Translations under genes and position numbers: made by a program | The notes under the pieces: generated by a model | Told to the model about the DNA's origin: nothing | What the model saw: only the letters and a program-made list of their open reading frames with translations | Database searches by the model: none | Shown: piece after piece, positions 19,301 through 26,839 of the stretch | How the letters are laid out: every line of letters starts with the position of its first letter | Position numbering within the stretch: position 1 is the first letter of the stretch | Source: Candidatus Latescibacterota bacterium | GTDB taxonomy: Bacteria; Latescibacterota; UBA2968 | Direction: 5' to 3' | Assembly (NCBI GenBank): GCA_965204745.1 | Contig: OZ242010.1 | Coordinates: 2,176,001 to 2,240,000, forward strand | Length of the DNA stretch: 64,000 bases

Positions 19301-21211
19301 GGGAGCACGGCGAACGCGACGGACACAGTAGAGATCACGGCCGTGGACAACGCGACCGATGCGCCGAACAATTCCTTGACCGTGTCTGTTGCGGTGAGCA
19401 ATGACCAAGGCGCAGGCAACGTGACCGGCACGGCTTTGACGATCACAGACGATGACGCCGCGCCGGACGTGACACTAATGCTGTCGCCCGCGTCCATCTC
19501 GGAGGATGGCGGCGTGAGCACGGTGACGGCGACGCTGACACACCCATCGAGTGAGGCGACGACGATCACGGTGCGCCCGGTGGCGAATGCCTACACGGTG
19601 GGTTCGGATTCGACGATTACCATCGCGGCTGGGAGCACGGCGAACGCGACGGACACGGTGGCACTCACCGCCGTGGACAACGACATAGACGCATCAGACA
19701 ACGCGGTGATGGTGCAGACCGCCGCTGTGGAGAACGACCACGGCGCGGGCAACGTGCAGGCTACGTCGCTGACGATCACCGATGACGACGAGGCGGCGAT
19801 TGAGGTGTCGGCGATGACCACGACGACGGTCAGGCTCCACACGACAGAGTCGGGCAGGGCCGAGACCTTCACGGTCACGCTCGCCTCCGAGCCGACGGGG
19901 AACGTGGCCCTCTCGGTGGTCAGTTCAGACACGACGGAAGGCACTGTATCGCCCTCGGTGCTGACCTTCTCATCGACAACATGGAGCACGGCGCAAACCG
20001 TGACCGTGACCGGGCAGGACGATACTCCCGCCGCCGTCGATGGCAACCAGAACTATACGGTCACCCTTTCGGTGAACCAGACGGATACGCAGGACACCAA
20101 CTACGACGCGCTCACCGCGATCATCGTGTACATGGTCAACCGCGATAACGATTTCGGCTTGGACATAAGCGCGGTGACCGGGCAGGCCACAGAGGCCGGT
20201 GCCTCGGCGACCTTCACGGTGGCCCTGCTGACGCAACCCTCGGCGGCGGTAACGATTTCGGTGACGAGCCAAGACCCGAGCGAAGGGCGGGTTGAGCCTG
20301 CGATGCTGACCTTCGCGCCGACGAGCTATAACACGGCACAAACCGTGACCGTGACCGGGCAGGACGACATCATCGACGACGGGAACGTCACCTGGACGGT
20401 GCGACTCGCCCTATCAAGCGGCGATGCCAACTACAACACCCTTTCGGACGAGGATGTTCCGGTGACGACGACCGACGATGAAGATGCGCCGACCGTGACG
20501 TTGGTGCTCACACCCTCGTCCATCTCGGAAAACGGCGAGGTTTCCACGGTGAGCGCGACCCTATCGCATCCATCGAGCGGGATCACGACGATCACGGTCT
20601 CTGCTACGCCTGTGTCCCCTGCGACTGCGAGCGACTTCACGCTATCGAGTGCAGACACGCTGATCATCGCGGCGACGACCACAACGAGCACGGGCACCGT
20701 GACGATCACCGCAGAGGACAACAACGACCAGGCAGACGAGAAGATGGTCAGGGTGTCTGCAACCGCAAACAACGCCCAAGGCATCACCGATCCTTCGCCC
20801 GTGACCCTGACCCTGACCGATGACGAAACACCGAGTGCCAACTTGGATGTGGATGGCGATGGCCGGGTGAGATTGTTCTCGGATATAATCCTGGTCATTC
20901 GATACGTCCTCTTCTTCCGGGAAGAGGCCCTCCTCAGAGGGAACGTCATCGAGCCAACTGCCACGCGCACGACCGCTCAAGAAATTGAACCCTACCTCGA
21001 CACGTTGGTCAATCAGAACATTCTCGATGTGGATGGCGATGGCGATGTGAGGCTGTTCTCGGATATAATCCTGATCATTCGATATGTCCTCTTCTTCCGG
21101 AACGAGGCCCTCGTCAGAGGGAACGTCATCGAGCCAACTGCCACGCGCACGACCTCTCAAGCCATTGAACCCTACATCCGAAGCCTCTATCCCGCCTCCC
21201 ACTTCCAATGA
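13313..21211 (+). CDS. Giant secreted adhesin-like protein (GLUG/beta-helix repeats, Calx-beta/Ig-like Thr-rich repeats, duplicated dockerin-like DxDGDG domain)
   Basis: ATG 13313 has a perfect AGGAGG; the signal-peptide-like segment starts at ATG 13505 (MTPRYARLLALVALGMLVASGPAFA). VGGLVG motifs, TITDDD repeats and near-identical internal repeats at ~1.0 and ~2.1 kb spacing. Confidence 0.85.
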   Translation: MITAIFSRCLNLIWCYVPTVKSGVHIAHSRLDVWFYFIAKQSVRMISTVYPPPPPPPPLGEGDKMTPRYARLLALVALGMLVASGPAFAQTDYDSDNDGYIDVANLAQLNAIRWDLNGDGVVSSTDSTNYFTAFSNPASGMGCPSSGCNGYELLNNLDFDENNDNSITSADATYWNNGAGWLPIGGTYTGNFKGNGYTIDNLFINRGSASAIGLFYQFGSSSRVETLGIINANVTLKKYGGILVYQNSGTIVACYTTGTVTGEEKISGLVGWAGTGSISTSYSHASVTTSTNDSDVGGLVGEIWGNAIIRNSYFAGTINGTNSAGGLVGDEDGGSAYDSYWDSSKASGTIQLGSGQSTTTLQGTTGYTGIYANWNLDLDGNTNTGDSQGRDDPWNFGTSSQYPVLKYVGPSAVVIDHDGDNDGLIDIKTLAQLNAIRHDLNGNGDATHADYAAAFPGRVTTSSGRMGCPSGTCTGYELLNNLDFDENNDGAITQADTTYWNSGAGWDPLGTYTGTFKGNNKTISHLFINRGSRHNTGLFQAVDGDVSGLGLLNVDVTGRDRVGGLAGNQGGGGTISSCYVTGRVSGSKWGVGGLVGRSFRTSGTNRIVSSYARVSVRVPASVTSGGMAGGLVGWLTDQTEVVASYAMGSVFVGHSSGVGGGLVGQIASGGGVTASYSIGRVTGAGTKGGLVGSISGTVTDSYWDTQESGIADDGDTVAPEGKLISDLQSVTSASGIYANWDDLTIDASGANDDDPWTFGTTKQYPVLTFADMDTTVQFAIQPVHYDTDSDGLLEVSTLAQLHAMRWDLNGDGVVADSDAMTYNAAFPNGNLSRSKGCPSTGCIGYELLANLDFDTSGDGEITSADATYWNGGAGWAPIGSSNTSPYTATFEGNGKTISHLYINRYVNFSGFFASTDTTTHIRSLGLVNAVINTGQGTVGALVGLNKGRIAASYVTGSVTASTNVGGLAGATQRGSYIVASYATASVVCNQSGPWSTGGGLVGANGPGATIASSYSTGSVTGACLHKHGLAENSGTVTDSYWDTQTSDIADDSDTVAPEGKLTSDLQSVTSASGIYANWDDLTIDASGANDDDPWTFGTTNQYPALKFAGLDTTAQFATQPVHYDTDSDGLLEVSTLAQLHAMRWDLNGDGVVADSDAMTYNAAFPNGNLSASKGCPSTGCIGYELLNNLDFDENNDGAITQADATYWNSGAGWDPVGPYGGTFKGNNKTISHLFINRGSRHNTGLFHAVDGDVSGLGLLNVNVTGADRVGGLAGNQGGGGTISSCYVTGRVSGSRWGVGGLVGRSYRTSGSNRIVSSYALVSVRVPAHVTSDGLAGGLVGWLTDQTEVVASYALGSVFAGHSSAVGGGLVGQIASNADVTASYAIGRVTGAGTKGGLVGSSAGTVTDSHWDTSTSGQTTSAGGSGVVGKTTSDLLSPTTYGATANDTYYNWNANLDGQPGNDDPWTFGAMDQYPALKYAGMDTTAQFQLQPARVTLTLMPSSISESGGMGTVTATLAHPLSAATTITVRPVAGAYTVGSDTTITIAAGSTANATDTVVITAVNNTQDEPNRDVTVSVVAGNAQGAGSVTGATLTLEDDDPAPTATLAASPASISENGAVSTITASLSRPSSAATTITVRPVAGAYTVGADTTITIAAGDTINASDTVVITAVNNTQDAPNRDVTVLGVMSNTQGAGSVTGAALTLTDDDVAPDVTMVLSPASISEDGAISTVTATLSHTSSAATTITVSASAVSPAVPGDYMLSTPATLTVAAGATTSTGTVTITTVDNSISSGNKTVTVSSTVGNSIGTGSVTDATLTIIDDEVAQVTLVLTPASITENAQISTITATLDRVATVATTVTVSATPVAPAVAGDFTLSTATTLTFAANVTTSTGAVTITSVNDTTDAPDKRVTVSATVAGGNGASLSSAVTLTITDDEAAPDVALTLSPASIAETGGVSTITATLSHRSSAATTITVRPVAGAYTVGMDSTITIAAGSTANATDTVEITAVDNATDAPNNSLTVSVAVSNDQGAGNVTGTALTITDDDAAPDVTLMLSPASISEDGGVSTVTATLTHPSSEATTITVRPVANAYTVGSDSTITIAAGSTANATDTVALTAVDNDIDASDNAVMVQTAAVENDHGAGNVQATSLTITDDDEAAIEVSAMTTTTVRLHTTESGRAETFTVTLASEPTGNVALSVVSSDTTEGTVSPSVLTFSSTTWSTAQTVTVTGQDDTPAAVDGNQNYTVTLSVNQTDTQDTNYDALTAIIVYMVNRDNDFGLDISAVTGQATEAGASATFTVALLTQPSAAVTISVTSQDPSEGRVEPAMLTFAPTSYNTAQTVTVTGQDDIIDDGNVTWTVRLALSSGDANYNTLSDEDVPVTTTDDEDAPTVTLVLTPSSISENGEVSTVSATLSHPSSGITTITVSATPVSPATASDFTLSSADTLIIAATTTTSTGTVTITAEDNNDQADEKMVRVSATANNAQGITDPSPVTLTLTDDETPSANLDVDGDGRVRLFSDIILVIRYVLFFREEALLRGNVIEPTATRTTAQEIEPYLDTLVNQNILDVDGDGDVRLFSDIILIIRYVLFFRNEALVRGNVIEPTATRTTSQAIEPYIRSLYPASHFQ
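13462..13485 (+). repeat. Poly-C(24) homopolymer
   Basis: 24 consecutive C, in frame as a poly-Pro run between the two ATGs. Confidence 0.9.
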
Positions 21212-21402
21212 AAGCCTATTCCTTGACCGCCACAGATGGCAATGGCGATGGCAATGTGAATTTCGCCGACTTCTTGACCTTTGCGGATAAGTTTGGATCG
21301 CGGCTCGGACAGGAGCGATATGACCCCCGGTGCGATCTCAATGGCGAGATTGGATTCTCCGATTTCCTCATCTTCGCCGATAGCTTTGGCTCGACAGGCT
21401 GA
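21208..21402 (+). CDS. Small dockerin/EF-hand-like protein coupled to the adhesin
   Basis: DGNGDGNVNFADF...DLNGEIGFSDF; ATGA overlap with the adhesin stop. Confidence 0.65.
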   Translation: MKAYSLTATDGNGDGNVNFADFLTFADKFGSRLGQERYDPRCDLNGEIGFSDFLIFADSFGSTG

Positions 21403-21425
21403 ACGACGAAAGATGGAAAAAAACA

Positions 21426-21456
21426 AAAGCCCGGGTTCACTGTGAACCCGGGCTTT
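21426..21456 (+). terminator. Intrinsic terminator
   Basis: AAAGCCCGGGTTCAC-T-GTGAACCCGGGCTTT perfect hairpin. Confidence 0.8.
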
Positions 21457-21464
21457 ACTTTTTG

Positions 21465-21820
21465 GGACCTACCCCCCTAACCCCCCTTCCTGCGAGGAAG
21501 GGGGGAACGGTGAGCGGTTTTGCGAGGGGAATGGCGATAGGTTTTTTGGGGTTCATTGATCCATTCGCTCAAAGCCATCAAAACAGGCCTGGATGCAAAC
21601 CTTTCAGAAAGCCATGCGCTCCCCCTTTCCTTGTAGGAAAGGGGGCCGGGGGGATAGGTCGCATTTTCATGGCATGATCCATTCGCGCAAAGCCATCAAA
21701 ACAGCCAGGGATACAAACCTTCAAAAAGCCATGTGCTCCCCCTTTCCTTGTAGGCACAGGCGTAGCCTACAATGAGCGAAGCGAATAACGGGGGCCGGGG
21801 GGATAGGTCTCTATGGCGGG
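21465..21820. repeat. Right arm of the long inverted repeat, with an internal ~120-bp duplication
   Basis: Inverted match to 12874-13115; the GATCCATTCGC..AAAGCCATCAAAACAG block occurs twice. Confidence 0.85.
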
Positions 21821-21902
21821 GGATGCGAAGGACACAGCGGAGTGGGAACGATGAAGCGGTGGTAGGGTGGTGGGTGGCTCTCACCTCTTGTATGTTGTCA
21901 GA

Positions 21903-22110
21903 AAGGGTTAATTTAGGTGTTGCGCCCTCGCATCGAGACACGCCATCTTGATGCCCTGCTCGGGGAAGGCCGGCGCCTCTTGAAGGCTATGACCTTGTAA
22001 GTAAGATAGGCCCCCCGACCGCCGAGTTGATACCGAAGAGTATCTAAGTCCATTGAGGCTGCATATACAAGACCGGTAGACTGGGCAAACAGTCGGGACG
22101 CGAACCCGAG
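21903..22110 (+). ncRNA. Predicted bridge RNA of the IS110 element (ends approximate)
   Basis: Target loop: GGCGCCTCT (21972-21980) and AAGTAAG (21999-22005). Donor loop: AGAGTATCT (22037-22045) and ATACAAG (22065-22071). Each loop is closed by stems. Confidence 0.85.
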
Positions 22111-22154
22111 CGCACACCAGACCCCTTCCCCACCCCTCATCACAGGAGGCCCCG

Positions 22155-23162
22155 ATGTCGAACACTCAACCCGCTTTTGCCGGCATTGATGTCAGTGCCC
22201 ACACGTTGTCCGTTGCCCTGTCCAGACCCGGACAAGGGGTCATGCAAGCCACCTTTGACAACGCGCCTCGGGCGCACAAGCACCTGTTGAAGTGGCTCAC
22301 CAAGGGCGGGCGCATGGTCTCGGTCTGTCTCGAAGCGACCGGGCGTTATAGCTTGGGGGTGGCCTTGGCCTTGCATCAGCATCGCTGCACGCAGGTCATG
22401 GTCGTCAATCCCAAAGCGATGAGCAAGTACGCTCAAGCCTGCATGCAACGGGCAAAGACAGATGCGAAGGATGCGTTGTTGATCCTCGATGATGCCGAGC
22501 GCATGCCCTTTGTGCCTTGGCAAGTGCCGAGCGAGCACGTCCTGCAACTGCAAACGCTGACCAGACGCATTGACCAACTCAAACAGGAGGTCAGCCGCGA
22601 ACAGAACCGGCACCACGCGCAGGACTACCCCGTCAAGCGTGCCCGCCTCATCACACGCGATATTCAGGTGAATATTCGACACCTCAAACGCCGCATTGCC
22701 TACTTGGAAGACCAAGCCCTCAAACTCGTTTTGCAGGACGAGACCCAAAAGCGTGCCTACCAGCACCTCTGCTCGGTGCCCGGTATCGCCCAAACGAGTG
22801 CCTTGCGGCTCTTGGCCGAGCTGGCCTCCTTGCCAGACGGGATGGAACCGCCCCAATGGGTCGCTCATGCAGGCCTGGATCCCAAACCCAAACAATCCGG
22901 GATGGCCAACCCGGAAAGACGCATCTCGAAAACCGGAAATAAATATCTCCGCCATGCCCTCTACATGCCTGCTTGGGTGGCCTGCAGGCACGAAGTCCAT
23001 GTCAAAGCCTTTTATGACAAACTCATCGCCAGGGGCAAGAAACCTTTGCAGGCTATCGTTGCGGTGATGCGAAAGTTGCTCCATTCGATCTGGGGCATGT
23101 TGCGGCATGACCAAGATTTTGAGGGCGAGAAATTCTATCGAATCACCCCGAAAACCCCTTGA
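22155..23162 (+). CDS. IS110 family recombinase/transposase
   Basis: RuvC-like DEDD residues (GIDVS, LEATG, KTDAKDA), SVPGI, catalytic KQSG, GNKYLR; AGGAGG RBS. Confidence 0.95.
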   Translation: MSNTQPAFAGIDVSAHTLSVALSRPGQGVMQATFDNAPRAHKHLLKWLTKGGRMVSVCLEATGRYSLGVALALHQHRCTQVMVVNPKAMSKYAQACMQRAKTDAKDALLILDDAERMPFVPWQVPSEHVLQLQTLTRRIDQLKQEVSREQNRHHAQDYPVKRARLITRDIQVNIRHLKRRIAYLEDQALKLVLQDETQKRAYQHLCSVPGIAQTSALRLLAELASLPDGMEPPQWVAHAGLDPKPKQSGMANPERRISKTGNKYLRHALYMPAWVACRHEVHVKAFYDKLIARGKKPLQAIVAVMRKLLHSIWGMLRHDQDFEGEKFYRITPKTP

Positions 23163-23438
23163 CCTTTTAAGAGAGTATCTTACTTCTTGCCTCTTACTCG
23201 GGGATAGGGCTTGCGGTGGGGCGGTGATGGGATGGGCACGCATGGGCGGCAGGGCATGCGAAGGACATAGCGGTGGGGAACGATGAAGCGGTGGTGGGGA
23301 TGCGGGGTAATCCGCGTAATCCCCTAATCCGTTTAATCCGCGATTCTCCGCCTTTGACCTTGACACGCAACATAGCGATTCCGATATTGGACGCAACAGA
23401 GGTTTGTCGAACAATTTACAACGCACTTGGAGCGCGCT

Positions 23439-24605
23439 ATGGCTGAACGAAAGAAGATCGCGGCGATTGTGACTTCGTATTTTCCCCGGTCGCATGCGGA
23501 TGTGATTGTGACGAAGTTTTTGAAGGGGTTCCCCACGGATGACGGGTTGTTGTTGCCGGAGGTGGATGTCGCGTCGATGTATTTGGATCAAGTGCATTTT
23601 AGAGACGATATCGGGTGCGCGATAGCAGAGGAGTTTGGAGTGCCGATGTATGGAAGTATTACGCGAGCTCTGACGTTGGGAGGAAGCGAGTTGGCGGTGG
23701 ATGGCGTGTTGCTGATCGGCGAACACGGGGATTATGCGTGGAATGAAAAAGAACAACACATGTATCCGCGCAAGTATTTTTTTGAGCAAATCTGCGGGGT
23801 GTTTGCCTCGTCCGGGCGGGCGGTGCCGGTGTTTAATGACAAGCATCTCTCGTACAACTGGCAAGACGCCAAGTGGATGTACGACCGCGCGTGCGAACTC
23901 GAGGTGCCGTTTATGGCCGGGTCGTCCGTGCCGCTGGCATGGCGCAAGCCGTGGATCGACTATGCGTTGGATGCGGAGATCGAAAAGGCGATGTCCGTGG
24001 CGTATAGCGGGCTGGATTCCTACGGGTTTCACGCATTGGAGCTCTTACAGTGTATGGTGGAGCGGCGCGCTGGCGGCGAGACCGGGATTGTGGCTGTGAG
24101 GTGTTTGGAGGGCGACGATGTTTGGGCGTCCGATGCGTGGGATCGCGATCTCTACGCGGCGGCGGTGGCACCCATCGAGGCGAAAGAAGAGGGCGATGTG
24201 CGCGACCACTGCGAAAATCCAGCGCTCTTTTTGTTGGAATATGCGGATGGATTGCAGGCGGCGACGTTGATGTTGAATGGGTACACAAAAGGGTGGGGCT
24301 TCGCAGCGCGGCGAAACGGACAGGTGGAGGGCATGCGCGTTTTGTTGCCGGATAGCCCGCATCCGCATTTCAGTTATTTGAGTTTGAATGTCCAGCAGAT
24401 GTTTTTGACGGGCGAGCCGCAGTACCCGGTCGAGCGCACGCTGTTGGTGTCTGGCGCGCTGGAGGCGTTGTTGGATTCGCGGTATCAAGGGCACGAGCGC
24501 GTCAAGACGCCGCATTTGCAGGTGGCCTATCAATCGTATCGAAAGATGCCGATTCGCCCGGTGAATCCGCATCCGATGGGCGCGAGTTTGGCGCCGTTTG
24601 AATGA
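23439..24605 (+). CDS. Conserved hypothetical protein, probable NAD(P)-binding oxidoreductase-like fold
   Basis: SHADVI, DGVLLIGEHGDY, FNDKHL, YGFHALE motifs; GGAG RBS. Confidence 0.6.
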   Translation: MAERKKIAAIVTSYFPRSHADVIVTKFLKGFPTDDGLLLPEVDVASMYLDQVHFRDDIGCAIAEEFGVPMYGSITRALTLGGSELAVDGVLLIGEHGDYAWNEKEQHMYPRKYFFEQICGVFASSGRAVPVFNDKHLSYNWQDAKWMYDRACELEVPFMAGSSVPLAWRKPWIDYALDAEIEKAMSVAYSGLDSYGFHALELLQCMVERRAGGETGIVAVRCLEGDDVWASDAWDRDLYAAAVAPIEAKEEGDVRDHCENPALFLLEYADGLQAATLMLNGYTKGWGFAARRNGQVEGMRVLLPDSPHPHFSYLSLNVQQMFLTGEPQYPVERTLLVSGALEALLDSRYQGHERVKTPHLQVAYQSYRKMPIRPVNPHPMGASLAPFE

Positions 24606-24713
24606 TTGCCACGAGAAGCGCGCCCTGTGCTGATTCTACACAGAGGTCACAAACGAGCGCAAAGTGCGTCAGTAAGGGGCGGTGCCCGTGCCCGCCCGAA
24701 GCTACGAGAGGTG

Positions 24714-25061
24714 ATGGTGCTCAAGTGCGTTGAAAATCCCGAGCGCGAGCGGGGGTATGCGATTGAATTTGAGACCGCGGAATTTACGGCTCTGTACGCG
24801 GTGACAGAACAGCCGATTTTTGCGACGGTCTCGATTTCTTATGTGCCTCGAGAATTGTGCGTGGAACAGATGTCGCTCAAGGCGTATTTGGGCTCGTTTC
24901 GCAATGAGAAGGTGTTTTGCGAGGGCGCGATCAATCGGATCGCTGACGATTTTATCCGGGCCTGCGATCCGTTGACGGTAAACGTGACAGGTGATTTTAC
25001 CGTGCGCGGGGGCATAGAGACGCGCATCGCCGTGACATGCGAACGCGAGGATGGGGCATGA
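24714..25061 (+). CDS. QueF-like T-fold protein lacking the catalytic Cys/Asp
   Basis: EFTALYAVTEQPIFA in place of EFTSLCPxTGQPDFA; keeps SLKAYL and RGGI. Confidence 0.75.
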   Translation: MVLKCVENPERERGYAIEFETAEFTALYAVTEQPIFATVSISYVPRELCVEQMSLKAYLGSFRNEKVFCEGAINRIADDFIRACDPLTVNVTGDFTVRGGIETRIAVTCEREDGA

Positions 25062-25441
25062 GTTCGGTGGATCTCTTAGAGGCATTCGACAATCCCAATC
25101 CGGAACGGCAGTACGAGATCGAATTTACGTTTGCCGAGTTCACGTCGCTGTGTCCCAAAACCGGGCAACCGGATTTTGCGACGATTGTGATTCGGTACGT
25201 GCCCGGCCCGCGATGCGTGGAATTGCGCTCGCTGAAGCACTACTTTTGGTCCTTTCGCAATCGGGGCATTTACATGGAGCCTGTAACCAACGAGATTTTG
25301 AACGATCTGGTGGCGCTGTGCGACCCTGTGGAAATGCAGGTGAGTAGCCGATTCAATATCCGAGGCGGCATCGATCACGAGATTGTGACGCATTACAAGC
25401 GGGAAGCGGATGCACCTGCGAAAGAGGAGAAATCACCCTGA
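25058..25441 (+). CDS. queF: NADPH-dependent 7-cyano-7-deazaguanine reductase QueF (unimodular type)
   Basis: EFTSLCPKTGQPDFA, ELRSLKHY, RGGI; ATGA overlap with the upstream paralog. Confidence 0.88.
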   Translation: MSSVDLLEAFDNPNPERQYEIEFTFAEFTSLCPKTGQPDFATIVIRYVPGPRCVELRSLKHYFWSFRNRGIYMEPVTNEILNDLVALCDPVEMQVSSRFNIRGGIDHEIVTHYKREADAPAKEEKSP

Positions 25442-25599
25442 ACAACGCGGCGTTTGAGAAATCAGCGTAAGCCCAAGACACCTCAAAAACCGCCCTTGCC
25501 CAAATGACGCGATTTGTGTACCTTTTTCATGAACGCGAAAACAACCGCTGGCTTTTGGGCTGAATTTTACCACGACCACAACACAGAAGGAGAAGATCG

Positions 25600-26262
25600 A
25601 TGCAACAGACAAAGCCGCAGCAGGAAGACTTGTTGGTTTGGTTTCTCAAGGTGTGGGATCAGATTGAGGACAATTACATTCCGATCCTCATAGGAGTGGG
25701 CATCGCGCTGATCGCCGCGCTGATTTTCGTCTTTTTTCATCAAGAGCACACGCAACGCGCTCGGGATGCGCGTGAAGCCTTGGGATCCGTTTATATCGCG
25801 CTTTCCCAAGGCCGCACAGCAGACGCCATCGCCACATCGCACGACGTGATGGCGACTTATGCAGGCGAAGCCGCCGCTGCCGAGGCATTGATGACCTTGG
25901 CCAATTTGCATTTTGAAGAGGGCGACATCGCAGAAGCGCGCACGCTCTTTCAAAAATATTTGGATGAGAACTCGTCAGCAGGGCCACTGGGATATGGTGC
26001 CTGGTCGGGGTTGGCTTCATGTCTCGAAACCGAGGGCAAATTTGCCGAAGCGGGGCAACGATTCGCGGCTTTTGCCGACGCCCAACCCAACTCGCCCTAC
26101 GCGGCCATCGCGCTGAAAGAAGCGGGCAGATGTTACGAACTCGCGCAACAACCCGCGCAAGCCCGCGACGCGTATCAAAAGATCACCGCAGAATACAGCG
26201 CGTCCTCCGTCGCCCGATTCGCACGCGGGCAGTTGAATATGATGGGGATTGAGGCCGAGTGA
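25600..26262 (+). CDS. Membrane-anchored TPR protein (YfgM-like)
   Basis: Single N-terminal TM helix followed by TPR-like helices; AAGGAG RBS. Confidence 0.75.
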   Translation: MQQTKPQQEDLLVWFLKVWDQIEDNYIPILIGVGIALIAALIFVFFHQEHTQRARDAREALGSVYIALSQGRTADAIATSHDVMATYAGEAAAAEALMTLANLHFEEGDIAEARTLFQKYLDENSSAGPLGYGAWSGLASCLETEGKFAEAGQRFAAFADAQPNSPYAAIALKEAGRCYELAQQPAQARDAYQKITAEYSASSVARFARGQLNMMGIEAE

Positions 26263-26405
26263 AAAGCAACCACGGGCATGCCCCTGCGTGGTGTAAGCCG
26301 GGATGAACGCGAATGAACAACGCGGTTGGGGTTTCAAACCCGTGTCAATCGCGTCAAATTGACTTGGGCACCTCAAAAACACCAGATCGCCAGACGGAGA
26401 AAGTA

Positions 26406-26666
26406 ATGTCGCATTTTCAATATTTTCCCGAAACCGATACCCTCTCTATCGACCTATCCGACAAGCCTGCAATGGGTGGGGCTATAAATGCAGGTGCAGA
26501 TGGCGAGGACGAGGATATTTTGTTTTCTATCGACAACAAGGGGCGGATCACAAATATCACTATCGAAAGGGCCAGCGTCCGCACAGATCTGTCCCGCATC
26601 GCCTTGGATGAGCATCACATCGTTGTCGGACGCGGGTGCCCGACAACGCAACGTCAATCTGCTTAA
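26406..26666 (+). CDS. DUF2283-like small protein
   Basis: YFPETDTLSIDLS...DNKGRITNITIERAS pattern; GGAG RBS. Confidence 0.6.
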   Translation: MSHFQYFPETDTLSIDLSDKPAMGGAINAGADGEDEDILFSIDNKGRITNITIERASVRTDLSRIALDEHHIVVGRGCPTTQRQSA

Positions 26667-26839
26667 TTTTGGAGATCTTGTGCCCAGAGAACCGGAAGCG
26701 GCAGGACGGTGATGGGCTGGGCACGCACGGGTGGTTGAGTGGAGCGGCTGGGCCGTTACTTTATCCTTGTTTTGAAATGGATTTGGGATTTTCATGGAGC
26801 AATGTAGGTGCATCGCGCAAGTAGGCAAAGGAGGATGGT

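Larger units (their letters stand above)
21889..23180 (+). mobile_element. IS110 family (IS621-like) insertion sequence
   Basis: CT core on both sides (21887-21888, 23179-23180); long 5' non-coding end and short 3' end; the circle junction would read AGAGTAT-CT-TGTAT. Confidence 0.92.

Noticed and set aside
21823-23296. The 41-bp direct repeats as IS target-site duplications
   Set aside because: They lie outside the CT-core-defined ends, and IS110 elements do not make long target-site duplications.
22140-24032. 630-aa ORF on the - strand
   Set aside because: Antisense to the IS110 recombinase and the next gene, and it crosses the IS boundary.
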